The translations under genes and the position numbers were made by a program. A stretch of DNA of 64,000 bases. Source: Piromyces finnis finn (taxonomy: Eukaryota > Fungi > Neocallimastigomycota). The stretch is from NCBI GenBank assembly GCA_002104945.1, contig MCFH01000047.1, positions 124,001 through 188,000 on the forward strand, given 5' to 3'. The notes below the pieces were generated by a model, which was not told the DNA's origin, ran no database searches, and worked only from the letters and a program-made list of their open reading frames with translations. Of this stretch, positions 27,723 to 42,626 are shown piece by piece (within the stretch, counting starts at the first letter, position 1; each line of letters opens with the position of its first letter).

Positions 27723-28630
27723 CTGATGAAAGTTTAAAAACATTTTCCTTTTTTCGATGCATTAACTTCATCAATTCCTAACTGATTTTTAACTATTTTT
27801 ATAGAGAAAGGTCTTAATTTATTTATTAATATATATTTTATAGTAAAAATTAAATATAAATATATTTATTTACTTTTCAAATATAAAAAAAATAAAAAAA
27901 AAATAGTTTTTAGTATCAAATTTATTTCTATAAAATATTTATATATTGAAAGATTGTTAAAAGATTATATATAGTATATTCATCTATTATTCTTTTTTAT
28001 ATAATAAGATTTTTTTTAAAGGTTAATTCATTACATTAAATTACATTAAAACAATATTTTTTCGTTTTACTAAAAGAATATCGGTTATTTCATATTTTTT
28101 GTTATTTAATCTATTTTATCAATTATTTTTCTTTATAAGAGATATATACAAATTAACTTCTATAATAGTTTAGGCATATTTTAATAATTTTCAAAAAACT
28201 ATAATACTAGGAATTGAATACGAAATTTTTAAAATTCAAAATGTACAAAAATCAATTACATTAACCAATAATGTTAATTTAAACATAATGATTTTTGTAC
28301 ATTTTCATTAATATAGAGTTTAAAGAAAAAGTTTTAAAGGAATCTTTACACGATGATTAAAATTAATTTAATTATATAATATATTACAATATATTACAAT
28401 ATTATAATTATTTTATTAATGTTTTAGTAAATTTTTCCTTTAAAAAATTTTTAAATAATAATAATTATAATAATAGTATTAATGATAAATTTTTAATATA
28501 AATATGAGATTATTTTCCAAGTTCAAATTTATAATTTGTAAAAAATAAAATATTCATATAGAATAGTAATCATTCAAAGAAAAGAAAACATATTATACAA
28601 GTTTAAAATAAACTAGATTTTATATCAAAG

Positions 28631-31600
28631 ATTAATAATTACATTTAAATATTTAAATAATAGTCAAATAAATAAGTTTAATTTTTACAAATACATAATA
28701 TAAATACATAATACATATAAATATAAATAATTAAAATGGAAAGTTTAACTTTAAATCAAGTAAGTAACACTATTGCTAAATCAGTTTCAGTTAGTGCTGT
28801 TACTGCTTCAAAGTTTGCCGGTATTAAATTACCTAAATCTTCTCGCGCCATTCATACTACCTCAGTTATGAATAATATTTCGGGTTTCAAGACTACTACC
28901 ACTACTACCACTGCTTCTACTGCTTCATCTACCTTTAATTCTATTCAAAATAAATCTTATGCTACTCAAGTTGAATCTGAAATCGCCGATGATGCTATGA
29001 AGAAATCGGAAATTGATGTTGAAGGTTGGATTAAAAAACATTATACACCTTATGAAGGTGATGCTACCTTCCTTGAAGGTCCAACTGAAAAAACTAAAAA
29101 ACTTTTTGCAAAGGCTGAACAATATTTGGCTAAAGAACGTGAAAATGGTGGCTTATATGATGTTGATCCTCATACTCCTTCAACTATCACTTCTCATAAA
29201 CCTGGTTATCTCGATAAAGAAAATGAAGTCATTGTTGGTTATCAAACTGATGAACCATTAAAAAGAGCCATCAAACCATTTGGAGGTGTCAATATGGTCA
29301 AGAATGCTCTTGCTGCTGTTAACGTACCAATGGATGAAAATATTGAGCATATCTTTTCTGATTATCGTAAAACTCACAACACAGCAGTTTTTGATCTTTA
29401 TTCTAAAGAGATGAGATCTGGTCGTTCTAATGCGATTATGACAGGTTTACCAGATGGTTATGGTCGTGGTCGTATTATTGGAGATTATCGTCGTGTTGCA
29501 CTCTACGGTACCGATCGTCTTATTGCTCAAAAAGAAATGGATAGAGTTGAATTGCAAAAGAAATTGATGGATGAACCTACCATGAAATTAATTGGTGAAG
29601 TTGCTGATCAAATCAAAGCACTCAAACAACTCACTCAAATGGCTAAATCTTATGGCATTGATATTTCTAAGCCAGCAAAGAATGCAAGAGAAGCTACTCA
29701 ATTCGTATACTTTGGCTATTTAGGTTCAATTAAAGAACAAGATGGGGCAGCCATGTCACTTGGTCGTGTTGATGCTTTCCTTGATTGTTTCTTCGAAAAC
29801 GATTTAAAGAAAGGAATCATCAATGAAGCTGAAGCTCAAGAAATCATTGATAATCTCATTTTAAAATTAAGATTTGCTCGTCATCTACGTACTCCGGAAT
29901 ACAATGATTTATTTGCAGGAGATCCAACATGGGTTACCATGTCACTTGGTGGTATGGGAAGAGATGGTCGTCCATTAGTAACAAAAACTTCCTATCGCGT
30001 TCTTAATACACTTTACAATTTAGGACCAGCACCAGAACCAAACATCACTGTTCTTTGGAACAAGGCACTTCCAAAGAATTTCAAGGACTTTGCTACTAAA
30101 GTTTCTATCGATACCTCATCCATTCAATATGAATCGGATGCTCTTATGTCAGCTAGATTCGGAGATGATTATGGAATTGCATGTTGTGTTTCAGCCATGA
30201 GAATTGGAAAGGATATGCAATTCTTTGGAGCTCGTTGTAATCTTGCAAAGCTTATGCTCTACGTTCTTAATCATGGAAAGGATGAAAGAACAGGAAAACA
30301 AGTTGGACCAGATTTTGGACCAGTTCCAGAAGGACCAATTCCATTTGAATGGATGTGGGAAACCTATGACAAAGCCATGGATTGGATTGCAAATCTTTAT
30401 GTTAACACCATGAATGTTATTCACTTCAGTCACGATCAATATTGTTATGAATCACTTCAAATGGCACTTCATGACACGGATGTTCGTCGTCTTATGGCAT
30501 TTGGTGTTGCTGGACTTTCAGTTGTTGCTGATTCATTCTCAGCCATCAAATATGGTAAGGTTACACCAATTCGTGATGCAAAGACCGGATTAACCGTTGA
30601 TTTCAAGATTGAAGGAGATTTCCCAAAATTCGGTAACGATGATGATCGTGTTGATTACTTTGCTAAAACAGTCACGGATAAACTTATTACTAAACTCAGA
30701 AAGATTCCAACTTATCGTGGAGCTGAGCACACACTTTCAATTCTTACAATTACTTCCAATGTTGTATATGGTAAGAAAACAGGATCCACACCGGATGGAC
30801 GTAAAGCAGGAGAAGCATTTGCACCAGGATGTAATCCAATGCATGGTCGTGAATTTTCAGGTGCTATTTCTTCACTTTCATCGGTTGCTAAAGTTAATTA
30901 TGATTCATGTATGGATGGTATTTCAAATACATTTTCCATTGTTCCAAATACCATTGGTAAATCATTAAAAGAACGACAAGGTAATCTTTCCGGATTATTA
31001 GACGGATACTTCACCAAGGGGGCCCATCATCTCAATGTTAATGTTCTTAAGCGAGAAACATTAGAAGATGCTATGGCTCATCCAGAAAACTATCCAAACC
31101 TAACTATTCGAGTATCTGGATATGCTGTCAACTTTGTTAAATTAACACCACAACAACAAAAAGAAGTTATTGCACGTACATTCCATGAAAAGATGTAAAA
31201 AGAAAAAATTGATTTTTTTTTTTTTAACACGTTTAATTCACATCCCTATATTAACATATTAAAAAATAACCTAATTTAAGTAGTATCATAATTTAATATC
31301 ATAATTTAATATAATGTCATTATTTAAATATTATTATAATTTAGTTACTTTATTATTATTAAAAATTCATAGAAATCTAATACATTCAGTTACATTTATT
31401 ATACCATTATTACTATATCCTATCATATTATTATTTTATTAAATAATTTATTAAAGTTATAAAAAGTTCTTAATTCTAAAATAAGAAAACAAAATTGGGA
31501 AGGCAAAATACAATTTAAATTTATATATTTTAGAATTAGATTTTTTATAAATTATAGATTATTTTATTATCTATTATTTATATTATTTATATTGTTATTG

Positions 31601-31688
31601 CTATTTCTAATACGAAATAGTCTTTTTTTTTATTACTATTCTATTATTCTAAATTCATAATGTAAATACTTGTTAAAAGTATAAATAA
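28631..31688 (+). repeat. Right arm of the PFL palindrome (3.06 kb)
   Basis: Reverse complement of 24359-27417. The unique spacer is 27418-28630 (1213 bp). Confidence 0.95.
28736..31198 (+). CDS. pfl: Pyruvate formate-lyase, copy 3
   Basis: 820-aa ORF with the ACCVS and RVSGYAV motifs. Confidence 0.97.
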   Translation: MESLTLNQVSNTIAKSVSVSAVTASKFAGIKLPKSSRAIHTTSVMNNISGFKTTTTTTTASTASSTFNSIQNKSYATQVESEIADDAMKKSEIDVEGWIKKHYTPYEGDATFLEGPTEKTKKLFAKAEQYLAKERENGGLYDVDPHTPSTITSHKPGYLDKENEVIVGYQTDEPLKRAIKPFGGVNMVKNALAAVNVPMDENIEHIFSDYRKTHNTAVFDLYSKEMRSGRSNAIMTGLPDGYGRGRIIGDYRRVALYGTDRLIAQKEMDRVELQKKLMDEPTMKLIGEVADQIKALKQLTQMAKSYGIDISKPAKNAREATQFVYFGYLGSIKEQDGAAMSLGRVDAFLDCFFENDLKKGIINEAEAQEIIDNLILKLRFARHLRTPEYNDLFAGDPTWVTMSLGGMGRDGRPLVTKTSYRVLNTLYNLGPAPEPNITVLWNKALPKNFKDFATKVSIDTSSIQYESDALMSARFGDDYGIACCVSAMRIGKDMQFFGARCNLAKLMLYVLNHGKDERTGKQVGPDFGPVPEGPIPFEWMWETYDKAMDWIANLYVNTMNVIHFSHDQYCYESLQMALHDTDVRRLMAFGVAGLSVVADSFSAIKYGKVTPIRDAKTGLTVDFKIEGDFPKFGNDDDRVDYFAKTVTDKLITKLRKIPTYRGAEHTLSILTITSNVVYGKKTGSTPDGRKAGEAFAPGCNPMHGREFSGAISSLSSVAKVNYDSCMDGISNTFSIVPNTIGKSLKERQGNLSGLLDGYFTKGAHHLNVNVLKRETLEDAMAHPENYPNLTIRVSGYAVNFVKLTPQQQKEVIARTFHEKM

Positions 31689-32461
31689 TAAAAAAAAAAT
31701 TATAATTTCAAATATAAAATAAATATTTTAATTGTTTAATGATAAAGATAAATATAAAAATGTAAAAATGAATGGTTATAATAATAATATTATTTTTATA
31801 AGATAAAATAATTTAAGATTGATTAATAGGAAATACTAAATAATCGCAATATATTATAAAATAAATATTTTACTGTATATATATTTTTTGCTTATAGAAT
31901 GTCTCTTTCATTTATTAATATAATATATATTTTATTTACTATAAAAATACACCTATGTCTAATCAAATATAAATAATTTTTAAATAGGAATAAAGTGTTA
32001 TATTCTATATTCATTATAAAATTAATTATAATATATATTATTTAATATTTTTATATTTCATATTTTATTTTCAAATTTTTTATCATTTAAATAAAAAAGT
32101 TGAAAATTTGTTTGGCCTTTAAAATATTTTTATATCTATATAGTATTTTAAATGAAAATTACAAATATTAAAGCTATAACAAACACAAAATAGTATTGCC
32201 AAATAATGAAAATGAAATAAAAAATAATTATTTATTACATATTTGAAAGCTTTATTTTATGAAAATTGAAAATTAAAAATATATATTTTAATATTTCATT
32301 TTTTATACATATTTCATATTGCACTTATATTATGTATTTATACTTAATTTTTTTTTAAATTTTATATATCATTAAAAGTCAAAAATTATTTTTTACTTTT
32401 TATGTATTCTATTTACATTGAAATTTTTGATTTTTTAACTACTTTATATTTATATGATAGA

Positions 32462-32557
32462 TTTAGTAACATTACGAATAAATTTATTGGCATTGAGAAT
32501 ACCATTCATTTTAGTAACATTACGAATAAATTTATTGGCATTGAGAATACCATTCAT
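32462..32557. repeat. 48-bp tandem duplication spanning the last codons and stop of xylanase A
   Basis: tttagtaacattacgaataaatttattggcattgagaataccattcat occurs at 32462-32509 and 32510-32557. Confidence 0.93.
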
Positions 32558-33476
32558 TCATTCTAACACATGTACCTTGTTGACAACATTTAGCTCCATT
32601 GAAACCATTACCTCCACATTGAGCCCATCTTGCTGCACAATTACCTGCATTATTATTATTATTATTGTTGTTATTATTCCAATTATTATTATTATTGTTG
32701 TTGTTGTTATTGTTGTTGTTATTGTTATTAGTGGCATTACTACCATTACCAATATATACTTTAGCATATGGGAAATCGGCTGTACCACTAGTACCTGATC
32801 CATTACTACCGGCTTCTCCTAATACTTTGGCTTCATGCAATTTACCTAATGTCATTCCAAGCTTTTCCCATTGTTGGAAGTGTGCTGTAATATCAATCGT
32901 ACCACAATCACGAGCATTCTTACGAACACTAAAGTATTGTTTGAATGTGGTATTTCCATCAATCGATGGTCCAGTACGAGTATTTTGATAAACCGTGTAT
33001 ACTGCTCCATCAATAGTATAATCTCCTTTCTTGACATTACCAACCCAATCTCCTGGACGATATGGACTAAGCCAATTGTCAACAACGTAGAATTCAACTA
33101 AAGGACTTCGACTCCAACCATAAATACCGACAAATGAATAATCAACATTTGAGATGTTTTGTTTGACGAGTTTAAAGTCAGCATACAAATGTCCGATTTG
33201 TGAATGCGTTTTAGTACTGTCGAAAGAAAGACCAGAACGACATAAATAATCCTTTGCATTTTGGAATGAGCAAGAGAAAGAACCATCAGAGTAGAAAGTA
33301 GCACTATTATTACCACTATCAGCCCATAATTCATAACCAATTCCACCAATAGAACCAACCTTATTACTTGTTTCTCTAACACTTGTACCTGAGTGTCTAG
33401 CTGAACTGCAGAAACTTTGAGCAAGTGTAGTAGAAGCTAAAGATAAAACAACAGAAGCAACTTTGACGAATTTCAT
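32532..33476 (-). CDS. GH11 endo-1,4-beta-xylanase + Asn-rich linker + CBM1, copy A
   Basis: Signal peptide, GH11 motifs with catalytic glutamates (PLVEFY, VLGEAG), poly-N linker and C-terminal CBM1 (WAQCGG.GF.G..CC...C...NEWYSQC). Intronless. Confidence 0.97.
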   Translation of the reverse strand: MKFVKVASVVLSLASTTLAQSFCSSARHSGTSVRETSNKVGSIGGIGYELWADSGNNSATFYSDGSFSCSFQNAKDYLCRSGLSFDSTKTHSQIGHLYADFKLVKQNISNVDYSFVGIYGWSRSPLVEFYVVDNWLSPYRPGDWVGNVKKGDYTIDGAVYTVYQNTRTGPSIDGNTTFKQYFSVRKNARDCGTIDITAHFQQWEKLGMTLGKLHEAKVLGEAGSNGSGTSGTADFPYAKVYIGNGSNATNNNNNNNNNNNNNNNNWNNNNNNNNNNAGNCAARWAQCGGNGFNGAKCCQQGTCVRMNEWYSQCQ

Positions 33477-34387
33477 TTTTAATTTTTTGATTTTTAATAT
33501 ATTAATATTTTATATAAAAGAAAGCTTAAGCTTATAATTTACAATTTCTAATTTCAAATGTTTGAATTATTTTAATTTTTATTTTTATAATTACAATAAT
33601 TATTTACAAATATTTTTTTTTTTATAATTCTATAATTCTATTATAGTTTACTTATATATTTTACAACTAAATATTATTAATTAAATTAATAATGAATAAA
33701 ATAAAATAAAGAAGGAAAACTGACTCTTTTTATATATATATATATTTTTTTTTAAATTGATTCTTTAATGAGAGGGAAAAATAAAGGAAAAAATAAAGGA
33801 TAAAAATGATTAATATTAAAATTAATAAATATTAAATATTATTAAATATTATATTAAATAGTTTATTCATAATTTTTTAAATTAAAATTAATCATAATTA
33901 AAAATATTAATTTATATTAAATATTAAAGAAAAACAATATTTAATTTTCCCTATACTTTTTATTCATAAGTCATAAGTCATTGCTTTTGTTTTTTTTATA
34001 ATAATAAAATAAGAATATACAAAACTTAATTCTATATATATTAATAAATAAACAAATAAATAAATAAATAAATAATTGAATGAAGAAATGATATATTTAA
34101 TTATTTAATAAAATATTTATTTTTCTATTTCATTTCATTTAAAAATAATAATTAAAAATATTATTTTATAAAATGTTATTTTATATTATTTTATTTTTTG
34201 TGTACCTTGTATAAAAGTTCAAAAGATAGATTTAATTTTAATTATCAAATTATTTTATATTCTATATTTAAAATCATAGATTTAATAAATAGTTATATTA
34301 AATCTAAATAATATAACAAATTATATGACTTTCATCAAAGCAGTGAGTAATAACACAACATGTTTTCAATGCATTTATTGTTAATGG

Positions 34388-34496
<109 letters not shown>

Positions 34497-36352
34497 ATTA
34501 TAATTAATACTATTATTTTTAAACAAAAAAATAAAACAAATATGTATTTTATCATATATTTTTTTAATTAGTAAAACTATTTCATTTTTCATTTTTATAT
34601 TTATTTCGTAAAAGGAATAAAGAATTAAATAGAACCATTTTCTTTTTAAAAAAAAAAAATATAAAAAATAAGTATTAATAAATATTAAATAAACATTATT
34701 TTTATTATTATTTAAGGTTTCAATAACAAAGAATAATATCCCACATATAAAATCATTTTCAAATCAATAAAGTTTATATTTTAATATAAATTTATTTACA
34801 TTTAATTTATCTTTTATATTGATAAACCTTAATAAATATTATATTTAATATTTAAAAAATATATCATAAAATTAATTAAAAATATTAATTTTATCATAAA
34901 CTTTAAAGATATATCTTTTTATTTATTATTAACAGGATTAATAAATACAATGGATATTTTTATTATTATGATATTTTATTATATATTTATTAATATAAAT
35001 AATTTTGAATAAAATGAATATGAAAATATGAATTGTCATCGTAGTTTTAAAGAATATATTTAAAAACTTAGTATTTTATATTTTTTTAAATAAAGTCAAC
35101 ATACTATTATTAAAAATAATATATTAAATAACAATAACAAATGAAATATAATATTACTTTTTAATTTTTTTTTTTTTTTTTTTTGAATATTAAATATGAT
35201 GTTTGATAAATTATGATAACTATACAAGTTTTTAATTTTTAAGTTAACGTTTTATTAAATCAGTATTATAATGCTATCTATTTTTCATGCTTGATGTCTA
35301 TTTTTTTTATTAGTTTAAAGAATTAAAGGTAATGCTGTTTTGATAAATATTTTATTAGAATTAAAATTGAAAATAAAATTTAGTTTAGAATAATATTATA
35401 AAGAAAATTGATATTAATTTAATAAAAAAATAAATATAAAATAATATATATATATTAAATAACATCTTTTATTAACATGTTGTCTGTTTTTTTTTATTTT
35501 TAAAGGCCATAATTTGTTATATTATTTAGATTTAATATAACTATTTATTAAATCTATGATTTTAAATATAGAATATAAAATAATCTGATAATTAAAATTA
35601 AATCTATCTTTTGAACTTTTATACAAGGTACACAAAAAATAAAATAATATAAAATAACATTTTATAAAATAATATTTTTAATTATTATTTTTAAATGAAA
35701 TGAAATAGAAAAATAAATATTTTATTAAATAATTAAATATATCATTTCTACATTCAATTATTTATTTATTTATTTATTTGTTTATTTATTAATATATATA
35801 GAATTAAGTTTTGTATATTCTTATTTTATTATTATAAAAAAAACAAAAGCAATGACTTATGACTTATGAATAAAAAGTATAGGGAAAATTAAATATTGTT
35901 TTTCTTTAATATTTAATATAAATTAATATTTTTAATTATGATTAATTTTAATTTAAAAAATTATGAATAAACTATTTAATATAATATTTAATAATATTTA
36001 ATATTTATTAATTTTAATATTAATCATTTTTATCCTTTATTTTTTCCTTTATTTTTCCCTCTCATTAAAGAATCAATTTAAAAAAAAATATATATATATA
36101 TAAAAAGAGTCAGTTTTCCTTCTTTATTTTATTTTATTCATTATTAATTTAATTAATAATTAGTTGTAAAATATATAAGTAAACTATAATAGAATTATAG
36201 AATTATAAAAAAAAAATATTTGTAAATAATTATTGTAATTATAAAAATAAAAATTAAAATAATTCAAACATTTGAAATTAGAAATTGTAAATTATAAGCT
36301 TAAGCTTTCTTTTATATAAAATATTAATATATTAAAAATCAAAAAATTAAAA

Positions 36353-37297
36353 ATGAAATTCGTCAAAGTTGCTTCTGTTGTTTTATCTTTAGCTTCTACT
36401 ACACTTGCTCAAAGTTTCTGCAGTTCAGCTAGACACTCAGGTACAAGTGTTAGAGAAACAAGTAATAAGGTTGGTTCTATTGGTGGAATTGGTTATGAAT
36501 TATGGGCTGATAGTGGTAATAATAGTGCTACTTTCTACTCTGATGGTTCTTTCTCTTGCTCATTCCAAAATGCAAAGGATTATTTATGTCGTTCTGGTCT
36601 TTCTTTCGACAGTACTAAAACGCATTCACAAATCGGACATTTGTATGCTGACTTTAAACTCGTCAAACAAAACATCTCAAATGTTGATTATTCATTTGTC
36701 GGTATTTATGGTTGGAGTCGAAGTCCTTTAGTTGAATTCTACGTTGTTGACAATTGGCTTAGTCCATATCGTCCAGGAGATTGGGTTGGTAATGTCAAGA
36801 AAGGAGATTATACTATTGATGGAGCAGTATACACGGTTTATCAAAATACTCGTACTGGACCATCGATTGATGGAAATACCACATTCAAACAATACTTTAG
36901 TGTTCGTAAGAATGCTCGTGATTGTGGTACGATTGATATTACAGCACACTTCCAACAATGGGAAAAGCTTGGAATGACATTAGGTAAATTGCATGAAGCC
37001 AAAGTATTAGGAGAAGCCGGTAGTAATGGATCAGGTACTAGTGGTACAGCCGATTTCCCATATGCTAAAGTATATATTGGTAATGGTAGTAATGCCACTA
37101 ATAACAATAACAACAACAATAACAACAACAACAATAATAATAATAATTGGAATAATAACAACAATAATAATAATAATAATGCAGGTAATTGTGCAGCAAG
37201 ATGGGCTCAATGTGGAGGTAATGGTTTCAATGGAGCTAAATGTTGTCAACAAGGTACATGTGTTAGAATGAATGAATGGTATTCCCAATGTCAATAA
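36353..37297 (+). CDS. GH11 xylanase-CBM1, copy B
   Basis: 314 aa, identical in protein to copies A and C. Confidence 0.97.
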   Translation: MKFVKVASVVLSLASTTLAQSFCSSARHSGTSVRETSNKVGSIGGIGYELWADSGNNSATFYSDGSFSCSFQNAKDYLCRSGLSFDSTKTHSQIGHLYADFKLVKQNISNVDYSFVGIYGWSRSPLVEFYVVDNWLSPYRPGDWVGNVKKGDYTIDGAVYTVYQNTRTGPSIDGNTTFKQYFSVRKNARDCGTIDITAHFQQWEKLGMTLGKLHEAKVLGEAGSNGSGTSGTADFPYAKVYIGNGSNATNNNNNNNNNNNNNNNNWNNNNNNNNNNAGNCAARWAQCGGNGFNGAKCCQQGTCVRMNEWYSQCQ

Positions 37298-38056
37298 ATT
37301 TACTCTCAATGTCAATAAATTTATTTTTAAATAAATTTATTTTTAAATAAATTTACTCTATAAATATGAAGAAGTTATAAAATCAAAAATTTCAATGTAA
37401 ATAGAATACATAAAAAGTAAAACATAAATTTTAACATTTTAAATGAATCTTATTAATTGTAGAATTTGAATATATTGTAAAAAATAAAAATATAACATTA
37501 AAAAAGATTAGTAAATAATTTTATATATATTATGTAGATTTTAATTTTTTTTCATTATATTATTAATGAAGCATTATTGTTAATAAAATATTAAATATTT
37601 TTAAATATATTAAATACAATGAAATAAATATAATTATTTGTAATTTTGAATTTCATTAATAAAACCTTAATTAAAATAATCTTTTATAAAAAAGAGAATA
37701 TTGTTATATTTCTATAAAAATGAAATATATATGAATTTAAATTTAAACAAAAAAATAAAGTATTGTTTTTAAAATAAGTGAAATATTAATTACTTGCTTT
37801 ATATTAAAATTTTTATATATCAATTATAAAAATATAATATGTATTAAAATTATAATTAGTTTTTCAACAATTTTTAAAAAATCAACTATTCAAAAAGTAT
37901 AATATTATTTAAATTTATTAATGTTAAAATATGGAAAATATATGTAGACAATTGAAATATATTGATATATTGTAATAGATTAAATATATAAACAATATAG
38001 TATATTCATACAAATACAAATATATGATGATTTATTATTTGTCCTAGATTCTAGAA

Positions 38057-38760
38057 GGGGTATTTTCCAGCCAGGATTCTGGCCAAATAATAAATTTTGT
38101 CTGGCTAAAAAAATATGTTACTTTTATTTCTATTAGCAATGTTTTAACTATAAAATATTAATAAAGTTTTCATTATTTAAAAAACTTAATGCTTACTAAT
38201 AAACTATGCTTCTTAGTTTCTTAAAAGGAATTTTTAAAACAAAATCTCTACTTGAATAAAAAAAAAAAAAGAAAATAAAATTTATAATGTTGTGTTACTA
38301 TTATGTTAAACCTTCCAAAAAATGAATTTATTCTTATAAGCATAAATGTGAAATTGCTTATAATTGATAATGAAAATTTTGAATTTAATATCATTCAAAA
38401 TATTTATTTATGAATAATTAGTAATTAATAGACTATTTATAATGTTTACCTACAAATAATGAATATACCTTACTCCATTCATGATTTATACATTTAGTCT
38501 TAAAAATCCTTAAATAATATTGAATGATGGCATTTTATAAAAGCCAACATTAATTAATAAATTCTAAAATATTTACTAATATATCAAAAAAATATGCTAG
38601 AATATTATAATTAATATCAACACATACCCTTAACAAACTTATTAAAGTATAATTAATAACTACTACTTAGATACAAATAAAATACTCGGAAAAGAAAGTC
38701 AAGAAAGTTTATGCTGTAGCAGTTTGTGAAAGCTAACTTAATATTTATATATACATTATA
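38057..38760 (+). mobile_element. Possible decayed DNA-transposon remnant (GC-rich end plus MULE-like transposase relic) in the central spacer
   Basis: GGGGTATTTTCCAGCCAGGATTCTGGCC with a GCCAG-gatt-CTGGC hairpin (38070-38083). A stop-riddled frame near 38500-38600 reads KSLNNIE*WHFIKANIN**ILKYL, resembling the MULE C-terminal TNN..E.WH motif. No second terminus was found. Confidence 0.25.
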
Positions 38761-39702
38761 TACACTTTATATTACTTAAAAAAATAGTGTAAAACTTAAA
38801 AATATCATTTTATCCAAAAATATATACAGATATTTATAAATACATTGATTATACAAATATACATATCAATATAATAAATTTCATATAATTTCAATATTTG
38901 AATTATCAATATGACATTTGGTTAATTATATGGAAATGAAACAATAAGTTTTACAATATAAAATTATAATTAGTGATTATTAAATTGATATTATAGTTTT
39001 TTTCGTAATAATGCCTCCAAAATATAAATAAATTTAATTTATAACGAATATTAGTCGAAAAGTAACTCTAATGAAAGATAATTTATTAGCTATTTAATTT
39101 CAAGAAAGTCAATAAAAATATGTTATTTAAACAATCATTTTTTATAAAAAAAATAATATTTAAAAGTAATACTTGTTTGAAATATAAATATTTTAATATT
39201 AAGCAAGTAATTAATATTTCACTTATTTTAAAAACAATACTTTATTTTTTTGTTTAATTTTAAATTCATATATATTTCATTTTTATAGAAATATAACAAT
39301 ATTCTCTTTTTTATAAAAGATTATTTTAATTAAGGTTTTATTAATGAAATTCAAAATTACAAATAATTATATTTATTTCATTGTATTTAATATATTTAAA
39401 AATATTTAATATTTTATTAACAATAATGCTTCATTAATAATATAATGAAAAAAAATTAAAATCTACATAATATATATAAAATTATTTACTAATTTTTTTT
39501 AATGTTATATTTTTATTTTTTACAATATATTCAAATTCTACAATTAATAAGATTCATTTAAAATGTTAAAATTTATGTTTTACTTTTTATGTATTCTATT
39601 TACATTGAAATTTTTGATTTTATAACTTCTTCATATTTATAGAGTAAATTTATTTAAAAATAAATTTATTTAAAAATAAATTTATTGACATTGAGAGTAA
39701 AT

Positions 39703-40647
39703 TTATTGACATTGGGAATACCATTCATTCATTCTAACACATGTACCTTGTTGACAACATTTAGCTCCATTGAAACCATTACCTCCACATTGAGCCCATC
39801 TTGCTGCACAATTACCTGCATTATTATTATTATTATTGTTGTTATTATTCCAATTATTATTATTATTGTTGTTGTTGTTATTGTTGTTGTTATTGTTATT
39901 AGTGGCATTACTACCATTACCAATATATACTTTAGCATATGGGAAATCGGCTGTACCACTAGTACCTGATCCATTACTACCGGCTTCTCCTAATACTTTG
40001 GCTTCATGTAATTTACCTAATGTCATTCCAAGCTTTTCCCATTGTTGGAAGTGTGCTGTAATATCAATCGTACCACAATCACGAGCATTCTTACGAACAC
40101 TAAAGTATTGTTTGAATGTGGTATTTCCATCAATCGATGGTCCAGTACGAGTATTTTGATAAACCGTGTATACTGCTCCATCAATAGTATAATCTCCTTT
40201 CTTGACATTACCAACCCAATCTCCTGGACGATATGGACTAAGCCAATTGTCAACAACGTAGAATTCAACTAAAGGACTTCGACTCCAACCATAAATACCG
40301 ACAAATGAATAATCAACATTTGAGATGTTTTGTTTGACGAGTTTAAAGTCAGCATACAAATGTCCGATTTGTGAATGCGTTTTAGTACTGTCGAAAGAAA
40401 GACCAGAACGACATAAATAATCCTTTGCATTTTGGAATGAGCAAGAGAAAGAACCATCAGAGTAGAAAGTAGCACTATTATTACCACTATCAGCCCATAA
40501 TTCATAACCAATTCCACCAATAGAACCAACCTTATTACTTGTTTCTCTAACACTTGTACCTGAGTGTCTAGCTGAACTGCAGAAACTTTGAGCAAGTGTA
40601 GTAGAAGCTAAAGATAAAACAACAGAAGCAACTTTGACGAATTTCAT
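39703..40647 (-). CDS. GH11 xylanase-CBM1, copy C
   Basis: 314 aa, with one private silent change (TTA vs TTG Leu, near 40009). Confidence 0.97.
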   Translation of the reverse strand: MKFVKVASVVLSLASTTLAQSFCSSARHSGTSVRETSNKVGSIGGIGYELWADSGNNSATFYSDGSFSCSFQNAKDYLCRSGLSFDSTKTHSQIGHLYADFKLVKQNISNVDYSFVGIYGWSRSPLVEFYVVDNWLSPYRPGDWVGNVKKGDYTIDGAVYTVYQNTRTGPSIDGNTTFKQYFSVRKNARDCGTIDITAHFQQWEKLGMTLGKLHEAKVLGEAGSNGSGTSGTADFPYAKVYIGNGSNATNNNNNNNNNNNNNNNNWNNNNNNNNNNAGNCAARWAQCGGNGFNGAKCCQQGTCVRMNEWYSQCQ

Positions 40648-42505
40648 TTTTAATTTTTTGATTTTTAATATATTAATATTTTATATAAAAGAAAGCTTAA
40701 GCTTATAATTTACAATTTCTAATTTCAAATGTTTGAATTATTTTAATTTTTATTTTTATAATTACAATAATTATTTACAAATATTTTTTTTTTATAATTC
40801 TATAATTCTATTATAGTTTACTTATATATTTTACAACTAATTATTAATTAAATTAATAATGAATAAAATAAAATAAAGAAGGAAAACTGACTCTTTTTAT
40901 ATATATATATTTTTTTTTTAAATTGATTCTTTAATGAGAGGGAAAAATAAAGGAAAAAATAAAGGATAAAAATGATTAATATTAAAATTAATAAATATTA
41001 AATATTATTAAATATTATATTAAATAGTTTATTCATAATTTTTTAAATTAAAATTAATCATAATTAAAAATATTAATTTATATTAAATATTAAAGAAAAA
41101 CAATATTTAATTTTCCCTATACTTTTTATTCATAAGTCATAAGTCATTGCTTTTGTTTTTTTTATAATAATAAAATAAGCATATACAAAACTTAATTCTA
41201 TATATATTAATAAATAAACAAATAAATAAATAAATAAATAATTGAATGTAGAAATGATATATTTAATTATTTAATAAAATATTTATTTTTCTATTTCATT
41301 TCATTTAAAAATAATAATTAAAAATATTATTTTATAAAATGTTATTTTATATTATTTTATTTTTTGTGTACCTTGTATAAAAGTTCAAAAGATAGATTTA
41401 ATTTTAATTATCAAATTATTTTATATTCTATATTTAAAATCATAGATTTAATAAATAGTTATATTAAATCTAAATAATATAACAAATTATGGCCTTTAAA
41501 AATAAAAAAAAACAGACAACATGTTAATAAAAGATGTTATTTAATATATATATATTATTTTATATTTATTTTTTTATTAAATTAATATCAATTTTCTTTA
41601 TAATATTATTCTAAACTAAATTTTATTTTCAATTTTAATTCTAATAAAATATTTATCAAAACAGCATTACCTTTAATTCTTTAAACTAATAAAAAAAATA
41701 GACATCAAGCATGAAAAATAGATAGCATTATAATACTGATTTAATAAAACGTTAACTTAAAAATTAAAAACTTGTATAGTTATCTTTATTTATCAAACAT
41801 CATATTTAATATTCAAAAAAAAAAAAAAAAAAAAAATTAAAAAGTAATATTATATTTCATTTGTTATTGTTATTTAATATATTATTTTTAATAATAGTAT
41901 GTTGACTTTATTTAAAAAAATATAAAATACTAAGTTTTTAAATATATTCTTTAAAACTACGATGACAATTCATATTTTCATATTCATTTTATTCAAAATT
42001 ATTTATATTAATAAATATATAATAAAATATCATAATAATAAAAATATCCATTGTATTTATTAATCCTGTTAATAATAAATAAAAAGATATATCTTTAAAG
42101 TTTATGATAAAATTAATATTTTTAATTAATTTTATGATATATTTTTTAAATATTAAATATAATATTTATTAAGGTTTATCAATATAAAAGATAAATTAAA
42201 TGTAAATAAATTTATATTAAAATATAAACTTTATTGATTTGAAAATGATTTTATATGTGGGATATTATTCTTTGTTATTGAAACCTTAAATAATAATAAA
42301 AATAATGTTTATTTAATATTTATTAATACTTATTTTTTATATTTTTTTTTTTTTAAAAAGAAAATGGTTCTATTTAATTCTTTATTCCTTTTACGAAATA
42401 AATATAAAAATGAAAAATGAAATAGTTTTACTAATTAAAAAAATATATGATAAAATACATATTTGTTTTATTTTTTTGTTTAAAAATAATAGTATTAATT
42501 ATAAT

Positions 42506-42626
<121 letters not shown>

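Noticed and set aside
36296-36307. Perfect 12-bp palindrome AAGCTTAAGCTT upstream of every xylanase ATG
   Set aside because: Its presence in four copies only reflects the duplication, so there is no independent evidence of function.
38103-38109. GGCTAAA, an XlnR-type site near the xylanases
   Set aside because: It lies 3-prime of the genes, is a single occurrence, and XlnR is an ascomycete regulator.
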